From positions 4,526,001-4,590,000 of the forward strand of contig JAGIQG010000027.1 of the NCBI GenBank assembly GCA_024679065.1: 64,000 nucleotides of DNA. The letters run 5' to 3'. Each line of letters begins with the position of its first letter. Position 1 is the first letter of the stretch. Shown here piece by piece: positions 1-12,130 of the stretch. This DNA comes from Sphyrna mokarran. Lineage: Eukaryota. A program made the translations under genes and the position numbers. A model generated the notes under the pieces. The model was not told the origin of the DNA. It worked only from the letters and a program-made list of their open reading frames with translations, and did not search any database.

Positions 1-285
1 CCTTTCTTCAGATGTGGGCATTGCTGGCAAGGTCTAAATTTACTGTTTATCCCTAATTGCCCTTGAACTGACCTTGTAAGATCATTTTGTAGGGGCAATT
101 CAGACTTAACAACATTGTTGTGGGCTGGAGTCACACATAAGCCAGACCAGGTAAGGATGGCAGATTTCCTTCTCTAAAGGGAGCAAATGGGTTTTTACAA
201 CCTTAATAATAGTAGTCATGGTTGTCATTACTGAGAATAGCTTTATAATATCAAATATCTCAATTGAATTTAAATTCCACCAGCT
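1..285 (-). mobile_element. tRNA-derived SINE with LINE-type 3' tail ('family D'), partial
   Basis: gatgtgggcattgctgg...ccctaattgcccttgaac...ctggagtcaca..taagccagaccaggtaaggatggcagatttcct matches copies at 5045, 23588, 50548 and 53946. Confidence 0.75.
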
Positions 286-375
286 CTCCTCCTAAAATCT
301 ATCTCCATCATTTTGTTTTTATAAGTTGGCAGTAAATGTCTTCATATAGTGTACATACTGTTGAATACAAAACCA

Positions 376-600
376 CAGAATCAGAATGCAAAAGCAAAGA
401 AGGAGCCCATTTGGCCCATTGTGCCTCTGCCTGTTCTTGAGTTCTGGCATGAATCTCTTTACACCATTCCCTTGCTCTTTTTTCAAATCTTTTTATATTT
501 TTGAATACTTACTCAATTATCTTTTAAAAACTACTATGGATTCTGAATCATCACTGTTTCTGTTGGAGAATTGTGTGTCATCGCAACCATCTGTGTAAAA
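376..600 (-). mobile_element. Decayed CR1 3' end
   Basis: cagaatcagaat...gaaggagcccatttggcccatt is the reverse complement of the CR1 tail seen elsewhere in the window. Confidence 0.5.
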
Positions 601-781
601 AAAAGTATTGACGAATCTTCAGAACAAGATGGTAAGGCTGTTTATAAACAACAGTCAAGAATTTGGATTAGTCAGATAACACAATACAGACGGGGAATGA
701 GTATGGGACAAAGTGGAGCCACATGATCAATTGAGTTTCCTGCTCTTGATAGCCAGGCAACATTTGCTGTCTAGAGTTTCT

Positions 782-1592
782 TCTTTTCACTCACTCATGT
801 GATATGGCATCATTGGATAAACCAGCATTTATTTCTGATTCCTAATTGCCCTTCAGAAGGTTATGGTGAGTTGCCACCTTGAATCACTGCAATCCATGCG
901 GTGTAGGTACATCCACAGTGCTATTAGCAAGGGAGTTCCAGGGTTTTGACCTGTGATGAAGGAATGGTGATGTATTTCCTAGCCAGGATAGTGAGTAACT
1001 TGGAGGGGAAATTCCAGGTGATGGTGCTCCCATGTGAGTGGTGCCCTTGTCCTTCTAGATGGTAACTGACATGGGTTTGGAAGTTGTTATCTAAGAAGTC
1101 TTGGTGAGTTCCTGCAGTGTAAATTGTAGATGGTACACATGACTGCCACTGTGCTTTGTGATGGGTAAAATGAATATTTGTGGATGGAGTGCCAATCAAG
1201 CGAGGTTGCTTTGTCCTGGATGGTTTCAAGCTTCTTGATGTTGTTGGAGTTGCATCTAGGCAAGTGGAGAGTACTCCATTAAATGTCTTTGTGGGTAGTG
1301 GACAGGCTTTGAGGAGACAGGAGGTGAGTTACTCACTGCAGGATTGCCAGCCTCTGACCTGCTTTTGCAAGCTGGTTCAGTTCAGATTCCGGTCAATGAT
1401 AACACTCAGGATGTTGATAGTGGGGGATTCAGTGATGGTAATACCCATGTCAAGGGGTAATGGTTAGATTCTCCTTTTTTGGAGATGGTGATTGTCTGGC
1501 GCTTTGTTTGGTATGAAAGTTATTTGTCACTTGTCAGCCCAAGTTTGGATATTGTCCAGGTCCTGCATCACTGAAACATGAACTGCTTCAAT
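782..1592 (-). mobile_element. CR1-group LINE 3' fragment; likely partner of SINE family D
   Basis: ORF 924..1229 contains RLIGTPSTNIH, an ORF2 C-terminal remnant; its 3' tail (gggcaattagg...aataaatgctgg) is shared with family D SINEs; second copy at 21240-21510. Confidence 0.75.
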
Positions 1593-1764
1593 ACTCAGAG
1601 ATACACATGGGAAAAGCCACTCAGATGAATTGTGGGATACCGTATGATGTCAATGGGAGCTATAACCCAGTAGTAGTCAAGATTCAAAGGGATTGGAGGG
1701 GGAAGAAGATCTATTCTTAATTTCTTTGACTTGTTCTTCACCCAAAGAATGCATGGGGAAAATA

Positions 1765-2215
1765 AAAGAAAAGCAATGTCAATAGTATCTTTCATTGTCA
1801 CGGGATGTTCCGTACAGCCATTTAAATATTTGCAAATCCACTGATTGTTGTAATGTGGGAAATGCAGCAGTTAATCTGCAGACAGCAAATTCTCACCAAC
1901 AGCAGTGAGGTAAATAACCAAATAATCAGTTCTTGTGATGTTGGCTGAGGGATAAAGGAGACCAGGGAGAACTCACAGGGTCTTCTTTGTATTGTACCAC
2001 ATGAGATCTTTTATGTCTGACTGAGAAGATAGGCAGGGTGTTGGTTTAATCTCTCAATTGCAAAGTGGCAACTCAGACAGTGCAGCATTCCCTCAGTAGT
2101 GCCCCTCTAATACTGCAAAACTCTCTCAATAGAGCACAGTGTTAGCCTCGATAAATGTGCTTGGATCTCTGGAGTGGGGCTTCAACCCGTAACCTTTTGA
2201 CTCTATGTGTTACCA
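1765..2215 (-). mobile_element. Deu-domain SINE (SacSINE1/AmnSINE-like)
   Basis: Reverse Deu core gacagtgcagcattccctcagta, ggtttaatctctca, ttgtaatgtgggaaatgcagcag. Confidence 0.75.
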
Positions 2216-2667
2216 TGGTTGACATTTAAAGGCTGCTATAAATTTCACATGAGAGTGACATATCATCAATGCAGTTGATGGACGTATCCTTCAGTGTGCC
2301 TGCGATACCCATCAGACATGTCAGACAAATGGCTCCTCCATCAGCGAGATGGCTTATCTGCCATATAATCTCCTCAGCTCTGCTGGGTAACTTACACACA
2401 CAGTTTAAAAAATACCCTTACAGGGATTGATGTTGAGGTATGCCAAAGTCACAATGCATCAGATGAATTTGAGCCCTGTATGTATTGTGAGGAGTTGGCA
2501 TAAAGGTATTGGGAGGCATGAGTATTACAAATCTGTAAATTGTTAACTTTTGCTTGATGTGTATTGCCGCAGACAGGAGCTGACCCTGTGTCAGAACAGA
2601 CACGCACAGTGCCAGATGGGAAAGAATTGATTTCCTTTTACTTAATCTATGCCAAATATACGCAGAG

Positions 2668-2795
2668 GCTGATGCCAACCCTCCTGGATTGTCCTGAAAT
2701 TAAAGATTAATCTCCTCCTTCACTCTGGCTCTCCTGTCAAAAAGACCAGAGGCAGGAGGAGGGAAACAGAATACAGTGGGACATTAATAAACACA
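2668..2795 (+). mobile_element. Fragment of hAT-like MITE (same family as 10372-11270)
   Basis: tgccaaccctcctggattgtcc..aaattaaagattaatctcc resembles the left end of the 10372 element. Confidence 0.5.
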
Positions 2796-3358
2796 CAAAT
2801 CCAGGTGCACGCTGCCGGTGCAGTACAGAAGATGTTCTGCACTGTCAGAGGTGCTATATTTGGAATATGATGTTAAAACCATGTCCCCTACAAGGAGTTC
2901 TCCCTGAATTAGTCATCTAACATAAGTAAAACAATTAGGGATAGAACAGAATCTGGACAATAGAATTGTGGATTTTGTAGTTGCCATTGTTCATCATTGG
3001 CATGAGAATTAATATGTCCAGCAACTGATAGCTGGAACATGGTTTCCAGGTAACTTGGGGTGAGCTGATGTGACGAAACCTCAAAAATATGAAATAACCA
3101 GAGTTGCAACTCTATCTCACATAAAGATGGTGTTGGATTAGAAAAACATATATAACTTCCATTTCTGTGACACATTTCACCTCTTCAGCGTGTCTTAAAA
3201 ACATATTATACCCAATCAAATACTTTTTAAAGTTTAATCTTATTGTAATGTAGCAAAGCGTGGAAAGAATGCCCTGATAGCAGCTATACCTGACGTATAA
3301 GAACATCATTATGCCAAGAACTCCAGTACTTTTCTTGTGGTCATTCAAGCTGCTGTTG

Positions 3359-4283
3359 AACAAAGAAAAGTACAGCACAGGAACAGGTCCTTTGACTTTC
3401 CAAACCTGTGCCGATCGTGATCCCCTAACTAAACTCAAAAAAAAATCTTCTGCCTTTCCTCAGTCCATATCCCTCTATTCCCTCCCTGTTCATGTGCCCA
3501 TACAGATGCACAGTGTTGCTACAGCGCCTGTTTCCACCACCTCCTCTCGCAGCGTGTTCCAGGCACCCACCATTTGCTGCATGAAAACCCTCCCCCGCAC
3601 ATCTCCTTTAAGCTTTCCCCTTCTCACATTGAACCTGTGCCCCCTTGCAATTGACACTTCCACCCTTGGAAAAAGCCTCAGACTATCCACCCAATCTCTG
3701 CCTCTCATAATTTTGTAGAATGTTATCAGGTCACCCCTCAACCTCCGTTTCTCCAGTCAAAACAATTCTAGATTATTTAACTTCTCCTCATAGCCAACAG
3801 CCTTGAGACCAGGCCACAGTTCGCGAACTGTGGACTTGCACACCCAGATCCCTCAGAACGTACCTAAGCGTTCTGCCATTTGCAGTATAATTCACAGTTA
3901 AATTTGATCCTCCAAAATGCATCATCTTGCATTTGTCTGGATTACACTCCATCTGTCATTTCTGTGCCCAAGTCTCCAATCTATCTATATCCTGTTGTAT
4001 CCTCTGACAATACTCTTGCTCAGTTGAGAACAATTCTCAATGCTGAGAATACTCAGCACTATCAGCAACTCCACCAACCTTCTTGTCATGTGCAAACTTA
4101 CTAATCAGACTATCACATTTTCCTTCAGATCATTTATATGTATTACAAACAAGAGGTCCCAGCACAGATCCCTGTGGAATACCACTGGCTACAGATCTCC
4201 ATTTTGAAAAACAGCCTTCCACCGCTACCCTCTGTTTTCTAAAACCAAGTCAGTTCTGTATCCATCTAGCCAGCCTATCCCAA
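3359..4283 (-). mobile_element. CR1 LINE, 5'-truncated, internally deleted
   Basis: ORF 3490..3741 RGDLITFYKIMRGRDWVDS..LFPR..RGHRFNVR is the CR1 ORF2 C-terminus; RT motif region (GIPQGSVLGP) near 4155-4185; tail begins aacaaagaaaagtacagcacaggaacagg. Confidence 0.9.
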
Positions 4284-5044
4284 AACCTGTTTAAATATGA
4301 AAGTGAGAAAGTTGATTATTTGTAACATTAGCTGTGAAGTCTGCAGCTTTTTGCTGGATTAGGGGAATGAGGAAATGTAATATGGGATGGGAACTGTGAT
4401 TGCTGATTCTCAGAATCCTAAATTCAGTATTAAAATATCAGACAAGGGCAGATTTAGGTGAATTCCTCCAATTTATCTGGTTTGAGTTGCTCACATACTG
4501 GAGATGTCAATATTTTCAAGTCATAACAATTTGCAGGTTTTACTTGCTGCATAACAAAAGCAATTTATTTATTTGTTAGATGTTTAGTTTCACCTGTACA
4601 CATTTGAAACAGCTCGAGGGATAACGAATTCAATCACAGTTGCACAAGATGGTTCATTAAACAGTTGATATTACCAACATTTAATTCAAAGGTGTCACTG
4701 CATAATCCTCATTAACTCAACTCCTCTATTTCTTGTTTGGTTCAAAATCTACATGACTTTTCTTGGCTTCAATTTAGTTTCTCTAATTGTTTTCATGAAC
4801 GCTCCTGCACCATGATGATCTAGATTCTCACTCTGGGTTAGAAGTATGCCAAATGAATTTGAGAAATGGGGGTCTGGCACATAGCAGAAGGAACAAAGTG
4901 AAGGTCTTGGTATGTAAACTCCTATCTGTTCTGAGCAGGAAGCTTCAGAATAATATTCTAATAATGATCAAACACTATTTAGCCATAGCTTCCCAGCTGA
5001 GGTAAGAATGTCGTGTCAGTTTTGGCTCACTGGGTAGCAGTCTC

Positions 5045-5320
5045 TTTTTTCATTCGTTCATGGGATATGGGCATTGCTGGCTGGCCAGCATTTATTGCCC
5101 ATCCATAGTTACCCTTAAGAAGGTGTTGAACTGAGTGTCTCACTTAGCCATCTCCAGAGGACAATTGAATCAACCACAATGCTGTGGCTCTGGAGTCATA
5201 TGTAGGCCAGACTGGATAAGGATGGCAGATTTCCTTCCCTAGAGACATTAGTGAACTAGATGGGATTTCCGACAATCAACAATGGTTTCATGGTCATCAA
5301 TGGGGTTTTAATTTCAGTTT
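5045..5320 (-). mobile_element. SINE family D
   Basis: ttcattcgttcatgggatatgggcattgctggctggccagcatttattgccc...ctggagtcatatgtaggccagac. Confidence 0.85.
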
Positions 5321-5374
5321 TGTCACTGTTTCAACAGGTTGCGTACTCAGTTGCCCTAGTGTCCAGTATGTAGC

Positions 5375-5630
5375 TCAGGAAACCATATCAGTGCCAGTAT
5401 TAAGACAGTGCTACATTGTAGGAAGTGCTGTCTTTTACCTTTGCTAAGTCAAAGTCCCAAATATTCTATCTCAGGTGGATTAGAAGATCCCACTGCAGAA
5501 GAGCAGGGGAACTTGTGATCTTTTGATTAACCTTCATCAAACACCACTAAAGCAGAAAACTGATCATTTTTATTGCTGCTTATGGGACCTAAGTTTACTA
5601 AAATTGACTTCCGCTTTTCCCTGTGTTATA
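5375..5630 (+). mobile_element. Deu-domain SINE, decayed
   Basis: gtgctacattgtaggaagtgctgtcttt...ctcaggtggattagaagatccca...gaagagcagggg. Confidence 0.6.
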
Positions 5631-5631
5631 G

Positions 5632-5948
5632 GATGACATGGTGGCACGGTGGTTAGCAATGCTGTATCACAGCACCAGAGATCCAGATTCAGTTCTGGCC
5701 TCAGGTGACTATCTGTGTGGAGTTTGCATATTCTTCCCGTGTCTGCATAGGTTTCCTCCTGGTGCTCCGGTTTCTTCCCACAGTCCAAAGATGTGCGGTT
5801 AGGTTGATTGGCTACGCTAAATTGATCCTTATGTCAGGGAAGTAGCAGCGTAAATATGTGGTGTTAAGGGAATTGGGCCTGGGTGAAATTGTGGTTGGTG
5901 CAAACTCGATGGGCTGAATGACCTCCTTCTGCACTGTAGGGATTCTAT
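5632..5948 (+). mobile_element. HE1-type V-SINE, full length
   Basis: tRNA head ggtggcacggtggttagcaatgctg; V domain tgtgtggagtttgcatattcttcccgtgtctgc..ggtttcctcctggtgctccggtttcttcccaca; CR1-type tail tctgcactgtagggattcta. Confidence 0.9.
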
Positions 5949-6019
5949 AATGCAATGATATTTCCTAGTCTGAACATTCTGTATTTTCAAAAGATCCAGT
6001 TTAGAGACAAATTATTTTT

Positions 6020-6122
6020 CTTCAGAATCAGGACTACACCTGAAACATCAATTTATTTGTGCTCTCCCCAGATGCTAAATGACTAGCTGAGTGTTTCCGG
6101 CAATTTCTGTTCTCTTTCAGTC
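6020..6122 (+). mobile_element. PLE-derived 'family B' arm
   Basis: cctgaaacatcaa...ctctcccagatgct...gctgagtgtttccggcaatttctgtt resembles 6738, 32040 and 37750. Confidence 0.6.
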
Positions 6123-6574
6123 CAAATGGCACTTTAGTTTTGGAGATCATTTTGGAAGCTATTTCTCAAGATTGAAAGACATACTGCTTGAGTTATGCTA
6201 TTGTTAGTCTGCACCATGTAGTATTTGAATGGATAATGACCTTGCTAAGGGGCAGTTAATTGGCCTCATGTGGTTAACTGCAAAAAATTCTGAGGATGAT
6301 TTAATAACTTCACTGCTGACCACTGTTTGACCTTTTTATGTTCACTTGCACTTTGAATGAAACTCCACTCAGAGTTTTGGCAACAGCAGTGAATGCAAAG
6401 AAATAAAACCACTAATCTTTTTATAGCAATAACATTCAAATCAATAATATTGGTGTGGCGGCAGAAGATGTTGAGCAGTAACCTAACCACATGAGCAGAG
6501 CCGCCTTGAAATATATATCACACATCAAGAATCATAAGATTACTGCACATTAAAATTCAAGACATTGGCAGTAC

Positions 6575-6910
6575 ACAATAGCTTGCATTTAGCTGATGTC
6601 TTTAATAAAGTAAAGCTAACCCAATATTTTTTTTAACAGGAGCGTTAGCAAACAAAATGTGACACTGAACCATAGAAGGTGATACTAGGACAGATGACCA
6701 AGAATTTCGTCAAAGGGGTACATTTTTCAGCAGCAGTTGTGATAAAAAGGTCATCGACCTGAAAATTTAAATCTGTTTTTTTCCCACACAGATGCTGTCT
6801 GACGTGCTGAGTATTTCCACATTTTCTGCTTTTATTTCAGATTTTAAGGAGCATTTCAAAGGAGGGAGAAATGATTTCGGAATATCAGAGCTTTGGGCTT
6901 AGGCAGCCAA
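6575..6910 (-). mobile_element. L2 LINE 3' end, interrupted by a family B element
   Basis: aggagcgttagcaaacaaaatgtgacactgaacc...caaaggggta|...|ttttaaggagcatttcaaaggagg; complement of the 49700-49915 copy. Confidence 0.7.
6738..6843 (+). mobile_element. PLE-derived family B arm with decayed hammerhead
   Basis: tgataaaa AGGTC atc GACCT gaaa, then cacagatgctgtctgacgtgctgagtatttcca. Confidence 0.7.
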
Positions 6911-8201
6911 TTATAATCTAGGAGTCTATTTCCGTCTTTCTCTCTTACATTCTCACACACAACTCTCCCTGTCTCACCCTCTCCCCTTCCTATCTTACAG
7001 TGGCTGAAGCACAACATTTCTCTGTTGTTTTCTCTCATCTACTGCCTCCCTCAATCTCTTTGTCTCTGTTTCTTTTCTTGCAAGCTTTTTTTTAAAATCA
7101 ATTAAATCTTTTCTTCCTCAAGCTCATTGTATATACTCTGTAAGTAGCTGCAGTGCAGTCAAAGGCAAAAAGGCTGCCCATTTCATCTAAATTTCAGGGG
7201 TGGATGGGGCAAAGAATACAATCTCCCCAAAGACAATCGCCCTGACAGCAAACCTGTTCAAAAAGAGCAGAGGTGATTAGAATACAAACACTGAAGCCAT
7301 CAGCGCCTCAGCTTCAGGCTGCAGCAGAATTGACTGGGAACGCACAGAGTGAGACCGAAGAATTGTCAGTGGGAAAATGAACTGTCACCTTGGATTTTTC
7401 ATTGCAATTGCTGGTATAAATTGTGACTTTGAACCATGTGACCCATCACTGATTGAGTTCCTTTATCTGAGGATGCTGTGAGCAAGTCAGCTTATTTGAA
7501 GCTGTTGTAATTTAGCTCATCATTCTGAAGGTTTAAAGGATTCTGTTGTTTTTTTTTACCATATATGTAGTTTGGCTGTTCAATTGCAGTAACTGATCTA
7601 CCTAAAGTGTCCCTTAACTTTCTCCCTCTGGCAGCTGACAGACCACCATGCCCTTTAAAATACCTACACCATCTGTGCACAGGGCTTCCAGGAAGATTTG
7701 GGCCATTTTTGCATTAATTGCACTGTCAGTATTAGTTCGCAGCCCTTGAATTGAATAATAATGTCATTCTGTTTTCCACATTTAATGCAGATGATGACAT
7801 TGCTGAAAGAACAGGATGATTTTCCCTTGCAATCCTTCTCCAGGCTGATAGTGGCTGCATTGAGTGCATGTGGGACACATTCTTTGACACAGTAATAGCC
7901 AAAGTCTCAGAGGAAATCACCTTAATGCAACGCAGTTTCTTGGCTGCGATCACCTCTTGCATTGCCGTGAGGACTCACTGCTGACAAGACATCTGTGCTT
8001 CCTCTGCAAGTGGCTTTATTAAGCACATAACACAGTTACATATCTTTTATTAAAATAAAATTACTTTCGCCTCCTATCTCTCCAGAAATCACTGACTCAG
8101 GATGAGGCTCAATGCCATAGGCCCTCTGTCAGTCCCTTTCCCTCCCAAATGACTACTGTTTATACTTGATAATTTGCAGGCTATTTGACTATGGTGGGCA
8201 T

Positions 8202-8319
8202 AACTCAGTAAAGTTTTACAACACCAATTTTAAATCCAACCAATTTATTTGATAGTAAATCAGCGAGCTTTCGACTTTTCGTCTTCGTCAGGCAAATGCA
8301 GTGTTCTGGTCTCTACGTC
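8202..8319 (-). mobile_element. Penelope-like insertion (family A), one arm nearly absent
   Basis: TSD atggtg(g/a)gcat at 8191-8201 and 8320-8330; near-identical to 45551-45650. Confidence 0.85.
8263..8297 (-). ncRNA. Minimal hammerhead ribozyme motif
   Basis: Minus strand reads gcatttgc CTGACGA a GAC gaaaa GTC GAAA GC TC gc. Confidence 0.7.
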
Positions 8320-8554
8320 ATGGTGAGCATCCCAGTGAAATCAGTCTCAAGGTGAACACTTCCTGTCATGAGTCACTGGGTACGACAATTGAAGAAAGTC
8401 TGGCTGATTATTCCTTTCTCTAGCCCAGTGATTGTGAGTTCGCCCAGCTCAGAACCATTAACTTGACTCAATGTAGTCTGCAAGCCTTACTTGGGGCATT
8501 TGGCACAAAACCACCAGAAGCGGCTCCTTTGTGAACTGTTTATTTGCTTATATG

Positions 8555-8860
8555 ATAGGAAAGAAGAGGAGGTCATTCAGTCCTTTGAGAAAGTTCCACC
8601 ATTCAGTTAAATCATGGTTAATCTGTATTTTCACTCCACAAACCCACCTTCATTCTGCATCTTTTGGTGGCCTCTCCCTGTCTCCTCAGAGCAGCTCTCA
8701 GGGGGAGATGGTTCCAGTTTTCCACTATCTTTTGTACAAAGGAGTGCTTCCTGATATCATCTCTGACCAGCCAGGTTCTAATTTTAAGGTTTACTACCAG
8801 CCCCACACCCATCTCCCCACCATCTATCCCACCGACTCCTTAAACCAGCTCGAACACCCC
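8555..8860 (-). mobile_element. Old CR1 3' end
   Basis: ORF 8618..8812 LKIRTWLVRDDIRKHSFVQKIVENWNHLP is a CR1 ORF2 C-terminal motif. Confidence 0.75.
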
Positions 8861-10094
8861 AGTGGTATCAAATCATGTTTATTTGTCCTGGGAACTTTTA
8901 ACATATGTTCTTTTACCTCACCCATCAGTTGTGCTTTCCTGCATCACACACTTCACTCTCATAGCCAAGATGGTGGATGCACATCTTAAGCTTTACTGTT
9001 GTTGCTCTCAAGTAATGTTGGGTCATTTCTCTTCTCCTTGTGATGCCCCTCACATTCAAGTAGGTAAGCATTTGATGCCCTTCAGACAATAAAAGGGGAA
9101 AACATAGACAAAGGGGAAATCATCAAAGCACAACAACAATGTAACATAGCCAGTGAGAATGGATTGAGGAATCAAGTGGGGAAATGATTAAACTATTGAA
9201 TGGAGAAAGATTTCTTTGTGTGCGGGTGTCTGATACACCCCCGTGGCAGCCTACTCATCTAAAGAGCAGAGAGACTTTAAGTGTAAAGTTAACTGCCTGA
9301 ATTAAGCTATTTAACCCTCTGCGCTCTCTTGCCTTCTATCGTTACTGAGTTAATAGGTACATTTAAATGCAGCCGTCAGTGCTGTCAGGTTTTGATGCTG
9401 ATGTGTGTTGATGTAAATGGCGCTTCCTGGAATTTCATTATGGGATGATGTACCTGTTTGTCATCCTTACATTGCTGCATAGTTTTATGCCAGCTACACA
9501 AAATGCTGCTGATTTTCTAGCTGCTTTACCAAGTGGGATTTAATTAACCCTTTTGAGTGCTTACTCCCACAAAAGGGGGTTTCATTTCTTCTGAGTGTTC
9601 ACTCCTGACTTCTCTTGGAATTAAAATAACCGGCAAGCCCTCCAAACCTTCCACCACATGACTGTTTTTCGTGTTTTGTTGGGCAAGCTCTGAAGAACCA
9701 AACCAGGATGTTCCACCATTCATATCTTATGTTCACGTTTGCAGCAAGAGTAACAAGATAGCAATAAGTGATGGGAACTTTGATGGATTCTTAGTTACTC
9801 CCAAGGCCCATTTGTTTGTTGATCTGAGCAACTTCTGACCTTAACACAGGTAGTGAAAGGTTTCTTCTTTTTCAAATGAACTGACTTATAAATGACTTCA
9901 TCATCTTCAGTGGGTCTTTTCCTGATTAGAGAGTCCCATGTACGATTGGTGTAGACATCCAAGAGCCTGGCAGCTTACTGTTATTGGTGATATTTGGGGG
10001 GGGGGGATTTATGCAGTTGCACCACATCTGGTCTTCTTGGCATGTCTGATGTAGCAAGTTGAAACACTTAACACTATATAGCTGTCAGTCAACA

Positions 10095-10320
10095 CTCAGT
10101 GGATAGCACTGTTGTCCATAAGTCAGAAGGATGTAAGTCCAAGACTTATTACAGGAATTTGAGCACATAATCAGGCTGACATTCCAGTGCTACAGTAACA
10201 AAGTTGCTGTCTTTTATTTGAGATATTAAACCAAGGTCCCATCTGTGCTTTCCTATGGATATAAAATTTGTATATGCTATTTGAAGAAGAGTAGAGGGGG
10301 AGGATACTGTTATTCTTCTT
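10095..10320 (+). mobile_element. Deu-domain SINE, 5' part
   Basis: ctcagtggatagcactgttgtc..taagtcagaagg head; gagatattaaaccaaggtcccatctg core. Confidence 0.7.
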
Positions 10321-10371
10321 AAGACAAGGAAGGACTGGGTTAGCCCCCAGTTCATCTTAACTGACCCATCT

Positions 10372-11270
10372 TAAGGTTGCCAAAACTCCAGAATTGGTCA
10401 CCACATTTGAGGAAGGATATATTGGCCGTGGAGGGGGTGCAGAGAAGGTTCACTAGGCTGATACCGGACATGAGGGCGTTGGATTATGAGGAGAGACTGA
10501 ATAGGCTAGGTTTGTACTCTTTGGCATTTAGAAGGCTGAGAGGGGATCTTATAGAGACGTATAAGATAATGAAGGGGATGGATAGGGTAGAGGCTGAGAG
10601 ACTCTTCCTGCTTAGCAAAGGTAGCAGGACTAGAGGGCACAGCCTCAAGATTAGGGGGGAGGGGAGCAGTTTGGATCGGAGTTGAGGAGGAATTTCTTCA
10701 CTCAAAGAGTGGTGAATCTTTGGAATTCTCTATCTGTTGAAGTGGTGGCGACTTCCTCACTGAATATGTTTAAGTCGAGTGGATAGGTTTTTGATTGACG
10801 AGGGAATTAAGGGTTATGGAGAGAAAGCGGGAAAGTGGAACTGAACCACTGCAGATCAGCCATGATCTTATTGAATGGGGGGCAGGCTCGAGGGGCTGGA
10901 TGGCCGACTCCTGCTCCTAATTCTTATGTTCTTATGTCCTTGAGACTCCTGGAATTGAAGATTTAATTTCCAGGCTAAAGCTGTAAGTAATCCCAGAGAA
11001 ATATCACATGGAAGGGACGGCATTCAAAAATTTTGGATTTTGTTTTACATTTTCTTTGCGCATTTTTGTTTTTTAATCAAAAAAGGATATTGGCAACAAG
11101 AAACATGGTTGTCTGAATGACAGTCAAGGAACCTGTTCATCTTCTGATTGGCTGTGGGAAGGTGAACATCTCGGGCAACCAATATTGGGAGTGTGAGGCG
11201 GGACAGTTAGACACAGGAAGTCGTGTGACAAAACCTCCAGGAAAATGTCCATCCAAAGTTGGTGTCCCAA
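10372..11270. mobile_element. hAT (Blackjack-like) MITE split by a CR1 insertion
   Basis: Ends taaggttgccaa...gttggtgtcccaa resemble a degenerate TAGGGTTGCCAAC terminal inverted repeat (TIR); host sequence ccagaattg|tccttgagactcc resumes after the CR1. Confidence 0.6.
10394..10936 (+). mobile_element. CR1 LINE 3' fragment
   Basis: ORF 10377..10685 WSPHLRKDILAVEGVQRRFTRLIP..RLRGDLIETYKIMKG; tail ttcttatgttcttatg. Confidence 0.95.
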
Positions 11271-12098
11271 CATGTGAGAAATTTGGAATTGATCCCTAAA
11301 ATCAGTGACCTTCATGACCATTACAGTTGAGCCAACTCTGCCCTCATCGCATAATCAATACAGTTGTGGGAGTCTCTGATTCATAATACGGCTTGTGAAT
11401 CCTTCTTGATTTTCCTGTTCCTTTGTGGGAGAGGTTTTATTGTCCTAAATCAGCATTACTTTAATTTTGGCATTAAGCTGATATTTTGAAGTGTGTCCTC
11501 ATTTAGATCATCCACAGATCATCCAGATTTAACTGGCTCAGTTCCAAACCAGGCAGGCACAGCACAGCTGTTACTGAAACATTGGAGCAGAGTTGGGTGG
11601 GGAGCCGGGGAGGGGGGAATGCAGTTATAACAGATTCCTTGCCTGTGCTGAGCACACATTTACAGCAGGCTAGATCAACATGATTTGAATGACTGAACAC
11701 TGTTTGAAAAAGTGAACATTTCTCCAAGGCTCCAAAAACAAAAGACGGCATCAAACTTTCCAGGGTGAAAAAGTTACCAATCACAAAGGAATAAGATGCT
11801 GACAAAAGGTTTTACTTCTGGCTGTGAGGCGCTTGTTGGTTCAGAATCCTTCACTGCGTAAAAAAAACCCTGTCGAATTTCCTCTTTCCAGAGTAACCCC
11901 AGTGTACATGTTGTGTTGCTCAGTGGGAAATAACAATTCAAAAGAATGTAAACTCACCATCAGCATATGGAAGAACGCGGGGGGATGTGTTACATCTCTC
12001 GAGCTGTCTGTAGACTGCCTGGGCTTCTGCTTTCCCAGGGGGTTGCTTTGTGAGAAAACACAAGTTGTAAGCAGAGGAGGTGGTGGTGGTGGTATTGC

Positions 12099-12126
<28 letters not shown>
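12099..12126 (+). repeat. (TG)14 microsatellite, preceded by (GGT)5
   Basis: Read directly from the sequence. Confidence 0.95.
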
Positions 12127-12130
<4 letters not shown>

